From Phoronis australis (lineage: Eukaryota; Animalia; Phoronida), in NCBI GenBank assembly GCA_002633005.1, contig NMRA01000144.1, positions 778,485 through 842,484 of the forward strand: 64,000 nucleotides of DNA. The letters are read 5' to 3'. The notes below the pieces were generated by a model. The model made no database searches. It was not told where the DNA came from and saw only the letters and a list, made by a program, of their open reading frames with translations. Shown piece after piece: positions 60,801-64,000 of this stretch; positions within the stretch are counted from its first letter, which is position 1; each line of letters starts with the position of its first letter. A program made the position numbers and the translations under genes.

Positions 60801-62217
60801 TGATGTTATGTCCTCTGTCATGCATTGATTTGGTTCTTCCATTGTAGACATGAGCTGCATGGTCACTCAGTCCCTGTGGACACCATCAAGTTCTCTGATG
60901 ATGGTCTGCGATGTGTGACCTACAACAGCCTGGGTAAAGATATGGCCATCTTCCTCTGGGACTTGTCTTCAGGTGACGCTAAATTGTATATTATTCAATA
61001 CGGCTGCTGTTGCAGTTATCCTTGTATAGAGGGAATACTTAACCCCAGATTTGGGCAAAATACATTAAAATGTTGCGGACAAATTACCTTGAAAGTTGAC
61101 AAAATCGCTTGCCATCAAGCAGCAAAAGTTGCGATTTACTTATCCGTGTTTGGAAAATTCAAAATTACAAAGTTTAACTGCAGCCTCTGTTGTATGTGTT
61201 TTTCAGCTCGGGGAAGAGTGAATTGGCATGTTTCTTGGTTTTTATAAGTAAAACAAGTTTCACAGAAAATGTTAACTTGTTTTTTCTACAAATTTGAATG
61301 TGAATGTTAATGGTAATAACTGCAGGAGATACTCAATTTTCAATACAAAATTTCGTCATGAAAAAATATGATCAAGTAGCTGTATACTCGAAGTATCTAT
61401 AAAAATATCTATAAATTCTGTATCCATACAATAATAAAAATATTGGATCACCCATAGATAAATCTCAATCTCCATCTTAAAACTTTCACAGCCCTAAACG
61501 TTTAAGAGTGTAGACTAACTTTTGGAAGCAATCTTGCTATTTTAGTGGTTCTTAAGTTTTCCAAAAATGTTCATAGAATAAGGTTAATTTGTAATGGTGA
61601 AAAATGAAATTTGTCATGAAATCATGAATTAAACAATGGCCTCATAATGAGTGCTTTCAAAGTCTGTTTGGAGCAATTTTACCCTTATCACTGGGTATAA
61701 AATTGATATTTCTGGATAAAATGCTCCAGTCACACAATATTGTAATTAATTGATGCGTAGCATGTTTGGTGCCTAACTGTATACGGAGATCGTTCATGTG
61801 CCATATGTTATGCAGCGGATAATTTATCATGTATGGAGTGCACACTGTGTGAACTATCTTGGTGAAACATATGTATTGTTGACGTTGGTGACCAGCCATC
61901 AAATTTCTACTCATCCAGTGCCTTTTTAGTTGCATTGTCCACTGTGAGAAGTATGCTTTATGTGATTGAGCTGTGAATGACCTATCTATATGCTTGTTTC
62001 AGGTCAATGTTTAGGTACCTATTCACCTGATGACCCTGTCACATGCTGCGAGATCTCTGCTGATGGATCAATGGTTTTTGTGGCGTTACCAGGCAACGAT
62101 GTTATGGTCACGCTTAAACCATGTGCACTGGGATCTGAATGGAGACTAGAGGGCGCCATGTGCTACGGCAATGAGTCTCTTCAAGGGCAAACATTGGATC
62201 TTAGTCAAGCGGGTTGA
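24762..62217 (+). CDS. NACHT and WD40 repeat protein (NWD1/NWD2-like STAND ATPase), 12 coding exons, about 1304 aa
   Basis: Exons 24762-24850, 32836-33140, 38031-38227, 44553-44826, 51491-51853, 52367-52634, 55686-55791, 56349-56540, 57389-58984, 59710-59894, 60848-60972, 62003-62217. All GT-AG, phases match, total 3915 nt open. DUF4062-like N-domain, Walker A GESGSGKS, Walker B LLVMIDGFDQL, WLP.DLPPNV, C-terminal WD40 repeats. Confidence 0.9.
25633..25978 (+). repeat. Tandem duplication, 2 x about 173 bp
   Basis: 25633-25806 and 25808-25978 share e.g. TTGTACATGTGTGGAGTGTCAGACACTAATTT. Confidence 0.9.
28318..28372 (-). mobile_element. Possible tRNA-derived SINE head relic
   Basis: Minus-strand A-box-like TGGCCCAGCCTGGTTAAG and B-box-like GGTTCACATCCC; no full cloverleaf. 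Confidence 0.35.
28539..28583. repeat. (ATT)15 microsatellite
   Basis: Perfect trinucleotide run. Confidence 0.95.
30765..32443 (+). mobile_element. Tc1/mariner-type non-autonomous element, copy A
   Basis: TIR CAGTAAAAAATCCTGAATTTAGG / CTTAAATTCCAGAATTTTTACTG; flanks TA and CA; repeated TTTCGGACA motifs. Confidence 0.8.
32836..33140 (+). CDS. NWD-like coding exon 2
   Basis: Low-complexity linker, then SLLYGRIHSLSVSCDKPDVIQFYHCAVAE; phase 2 to 1. Confidence 0.8.
33303..35134 (+). mobile_element. Tc1/mariner-type non-autonomous element, copy B (internally deleted, interrupted by a LINE)
   Basis: TA|CGGTAAAAATTC...GAATTTTTACCG|TA; colinear with both ends of copy A. Confidence 0.85.
33673..34998 (+). 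mobile_element. 5'-truncated L1/Tx1-like LINE
   Basis: GGLAVPDI...IWVQRY...FYCDLLIAW...IWN and a zf-RVT-like relic. AATAAA at 34973. 13-bp TSD AAGATTTCAGACA at 33660-33672 and 34999-35011. Confidence 0.88.
37535..37690 (-). mobile_element. RTE-clade LINE fragment
   Basis: GETEEDIKVCINKARQVYATLKPTWKSKTYSMKTNLKILNSNIK matches the post-RT region of RTE elements. Confidence 0.8.
38031..38227 (+). CDS. NWD-like coding exon 3 (DUF4062-like)
   Basis: DSCKERTQLFQSAYSKL...VTDLNW...CLKEIQCCQ...FFV. Confidence 0.9.
39266..40766 (+). mobile_element. Helentron-associated / DINE-1-like non-autonomous element, copy 2, with higher-order internal satellite
   Basis: 5' T-run and hairpin ATGCGCCCACATATTTATGTGTGGACGCAT, (CGTC)n tract, about 453-bp higher-order repeat made of three ~150-bp monomers, subterminal TGTGGGCGCAT, 3' hairpin CAACGC-TCT-GCGTTG; no TSD, T-rich site. 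Confidence 0.85.
40852..40899 (+). repeat. 24-bp perfect tandem duplication
   Basis: ACTATTGAGAAAGTAGTGTTAGCG twice. Confidence 0.9.
42861..42907. repeat. (TACATA)n/(TA)n microsatellite
   Basis: Simple repeat. Confidence 0.85.
44553..44826 (+). CDS. NWD-like coding exon 4
   Basis: IFLNDKYG...FYKQDLNCSPPSYVLQ...YLLS. Confidence 0.9.
45493..46260. mobile_element. MITE with about 135-bp TIRs
   Basis: TAAGTTCATTACAGCGTTCTGTC...GTGCTGAACGTGCGATAACATCTGGCTCTTTTGTTAACTGC is inverted at about 46126-46260. Confidence 0.85.
46959..46997 (+). mobile_element. Isolated 5' terminal hairpin of the Helentron/DINE-like family
   Basis: TTTTTATGCGCCCACATATTTATATGTGGACGCATTATG is identical to the reverse complement of 11394-11432. 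Confidence 0.8.
51491..51853 (+). CDS. NWD-like coding exon 5
   Basis: DFDRTITEGIL...LTNLKSKL...WNDSGVDESYL. Confidence 0.88.
52367..52634 (+). CDS. NWD-like coding exon 6 (NACHT Walker A)
   Basis: LYRELSQQLSFC...FQGR...PLILHGESGSGKSA. Confidence 0.93.
53296..54939. mobile_element. Degenerate TIR DNA transposon with internal dispersed repeat
   Basis: ACCGCATTTATCCACCTT / AAGGTGGATAAATACGGT (17/18 inverted match). Internal 54337-54426 resembles 20660-20747. Confidence 0.55.
55686..55791 (+). CDS. NWD-like coding exon 7
   Basis: RFVGASSLPKTMLATLHSICQQI; not in the ORF track. Confidence 0.9.
56349..56540 (+). CDS. NWD-like coding exon 8 (Walker B)
   Basis: PLLVMIDGFDQL...LSWLPRDLPPNVRVIIS; not in the ORF track. 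Confidence 0.92.
57389..58984 (+). CDS. NWD-like coding exon 9 (helical/winged-helix region and first WD40 repeats)
   Basis: 532 codons; RTLTSEQ, LESIHG, GLSDTEILDLL, VSVWDV, LLVWDL. Confidence 0.95.
59710..59894 (+). CDS. NWD-like coding exon 10 (WD40)
   Basis: NFLIVYDLQSG...VVSACEDMSVIVWD. Confidence 0.92.
60013..60414. mobile_element. MITE with AT TSD (ISL2EU/PIF-like termini)
   Basis: TIR AGGGCCATCCTGGATTACACGGC / GCCGTGGAATCTGGGATGGCCCT, flanked by AT on both sides. Confidence 0.75.
60848..60972 (+). CDS. NWD-like coding exon 11 (WD40)
   Basis: HELHGHSVPVDTIKFSDDG...IFLWDL. Confidence 0.92.
62003..62217 (+). CDS. NWD-like coding exon 12 (terminal)
   Basis: GQCLGTYSPDDPVTCCEISADG...TLDLSQAG*. 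Confidence 0.9.
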
Positions 62218-64000
62218 GAGTTGACAATTCGTTGCGGGAATCTGTTTGTTTTTACTTTATCAAAGACAGATCTGTGATAAGGTTTCTAACCACTGTTATT
62301 CTGATTATATTCAGTATTTTCTGTTACTTTATAGATGACTGTTATTTAATCTGTGTGTGTGTTCAAGAGTTATTTTACAGAGATTCTCTAGCACTGCGGT
62401 GTATACCGGGGTAGTTCTTTAGCAGATTTTCATTAACACAAACTTGTTTGGAAACACAGCTGTCCATGCACTTGCAGGGTAGGTCCATTCAAGACCATTT
62501 TTACATCAACATGGTCGGAAAATAACTAGGAAAGAAATAGTAAATAATAGCACTATTGGCTATGTTGGACTTGACCCGTTTTGGAGTCATGAAAAACCTG
62601 TGCTGAATGAGCTGCTCACAGGTGTTTACCACATGCTGGCTCTGTTCCATTAGGCTTGAGGGCTTCCTTCCACATTTTATTTTCACACTGTCTACTTGTA
62701 TGTCCTCTACCGGCAGTCACTGTTTATTTCACTTCCACCACATTCATTTTAACATATGCCTGAGGATTAGAAGTGTGTCTTTGAAATGTAGCTGCCCTTT
62801 TAACTTGTTTGTTTGTAATCTCTATTGGCTATTTGCTTTACTTACTGCACACCAGAAAATTGGAAATTGTAACGAATGTACATCAAGCTGGCCAATAGAA
62901 AGTACAGTAGTGTTTCCAATCAAGTTTGTGTTAATGGGATGGTACCGAACTATACTGATACTACACTGAATATAATTCTGATGTACAAACTGCAAATGAT
63001 AATTAAAACTTAAAAGTTTTGTATTGTTTACACACGGGCAAAATTTTTATATCAAAACAGCCAAAAATGATGGCAGAAAGTTTAACAATTATCAGCTTTA
63101 TTTAGTATGATAATGTAATCCGCTGTGAAACATGACTTCTCTGTGCACTTACTTTTTAAAGTCATTAGTGATCAATTGTTGCAACTGAATGATGTATAGG
63201 CATATTTGTTATGCTTTTTTACATTGTATTCTGTTGTTAACGTTAATCAGAATGGCATGAACTAGTCTCTAGGCTTCATACATGTATATTGTTAATGTTA
63301 GAACAGTGTCTTCTGTAATACCCTGATGCATTTCTCAGCCATGTAATACCCATGCTTTTGAGTTATTCTGCAGGAATTTCTATTTTTAATTGTCATACTT
63401 CCCCCGCACATGCTTTTAAACTTACTAGTGCCACTTTACTTTAAGTTTCACACTGAAGTTTTCCCCTTAAAGCCCCACATTTGAAAAGCATTGTTCTGGT
63501 CCATGCTTTTAGTTGGAAGCGTTTTGTTTTTTAATAAGGCGTGTTAGCTCCAAACTGCATGTCCTAAAACCAACGACAAAATGGAGTTAACTGATTGATT
63601 CAGTAGGATGATTCACAACTGACTGAGCAGAATCATTCCACTTGGAATCTATGATCAATTTCTGTCCTTGGTTTGAGGATGTGCACTTTGAGTGTTGATG
63701 CGCCTTATTAAAAAACAAAACGCTTTCAACTCAAAGCATGAACCAGAACAATGTTTTTCAAATATGGCGTTTTATGGGGGCTTTAATGATATTTTGATGT
63801 CACGTTCAAAATTGTTACCTTGATATAGTTTCATTAGTCATGAAACTCCATGACTAATTTACAATCTAAAGATGGCATGTTGGTGTATTCAGAATTTGTT
63901 CAGGTGCAAACTTCAACACTGAAGCTGAAGGATATTATAAGTATGCTGTACTGCCAATGGAAAGTGTGAGGTCATTGTATTTGTGGATAGTTCAGGAGAT

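Noticed and set aside
63904-63970. Possible exon (GANFNTEAEGYYKYAVLPMESV) at the window end
   Set aside because: Short, weak donor, no recognisable homology and no context beyond the window edge.

Overview
Intron-rich, AT-rich animal DNA (the repeat content suggests a lophotrochozoan such as a mollusc; this is inference) with one 618-N gap (10394-11011). Two host genes lie head-to-head with start codons 917 bp apart. (1) PPCDC, phosphopantothenoylcysteine decarboxylase: minus strand, 5 coding exons, 23845 to 9773, about 202 aa. (2) A NACHT-and-WD40 (NWD1/NWD2-like) STAND ATPase: plus strand, 12 coding exons, 24762 to 62217, about 1304 aa, starting with an MGCSSS acylation motif. Both exon chains were rebuilt by hand with GT-AG junctions and matching phases. 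The rest is mostly transposon DNA: a 2-kb internally deleted CsRn1-type Ty3/Gypsy LTR element with an intact -1 frameshift site and pseudoknot; three Kolobok derivatives (THAP, two with a P2X7-ballast-like KolX ORF) inside PPCDC introns; two inverted Helentron/DINE-1-like elements carrying higher-order arrays of CTCF-like motifs that bracket the shared promoter; a pair of Tc1/mariner-type MITEs flanking one NWD exon, one split by an L1/Tx1 fragment with a 13-bp TSD; and further MITEs and LINE, DIRS and piggyBac relics. No CRISPR array, rRNA or intact tRNA gene was seen. I did not find a clearly new system; the best leads are given as findings.
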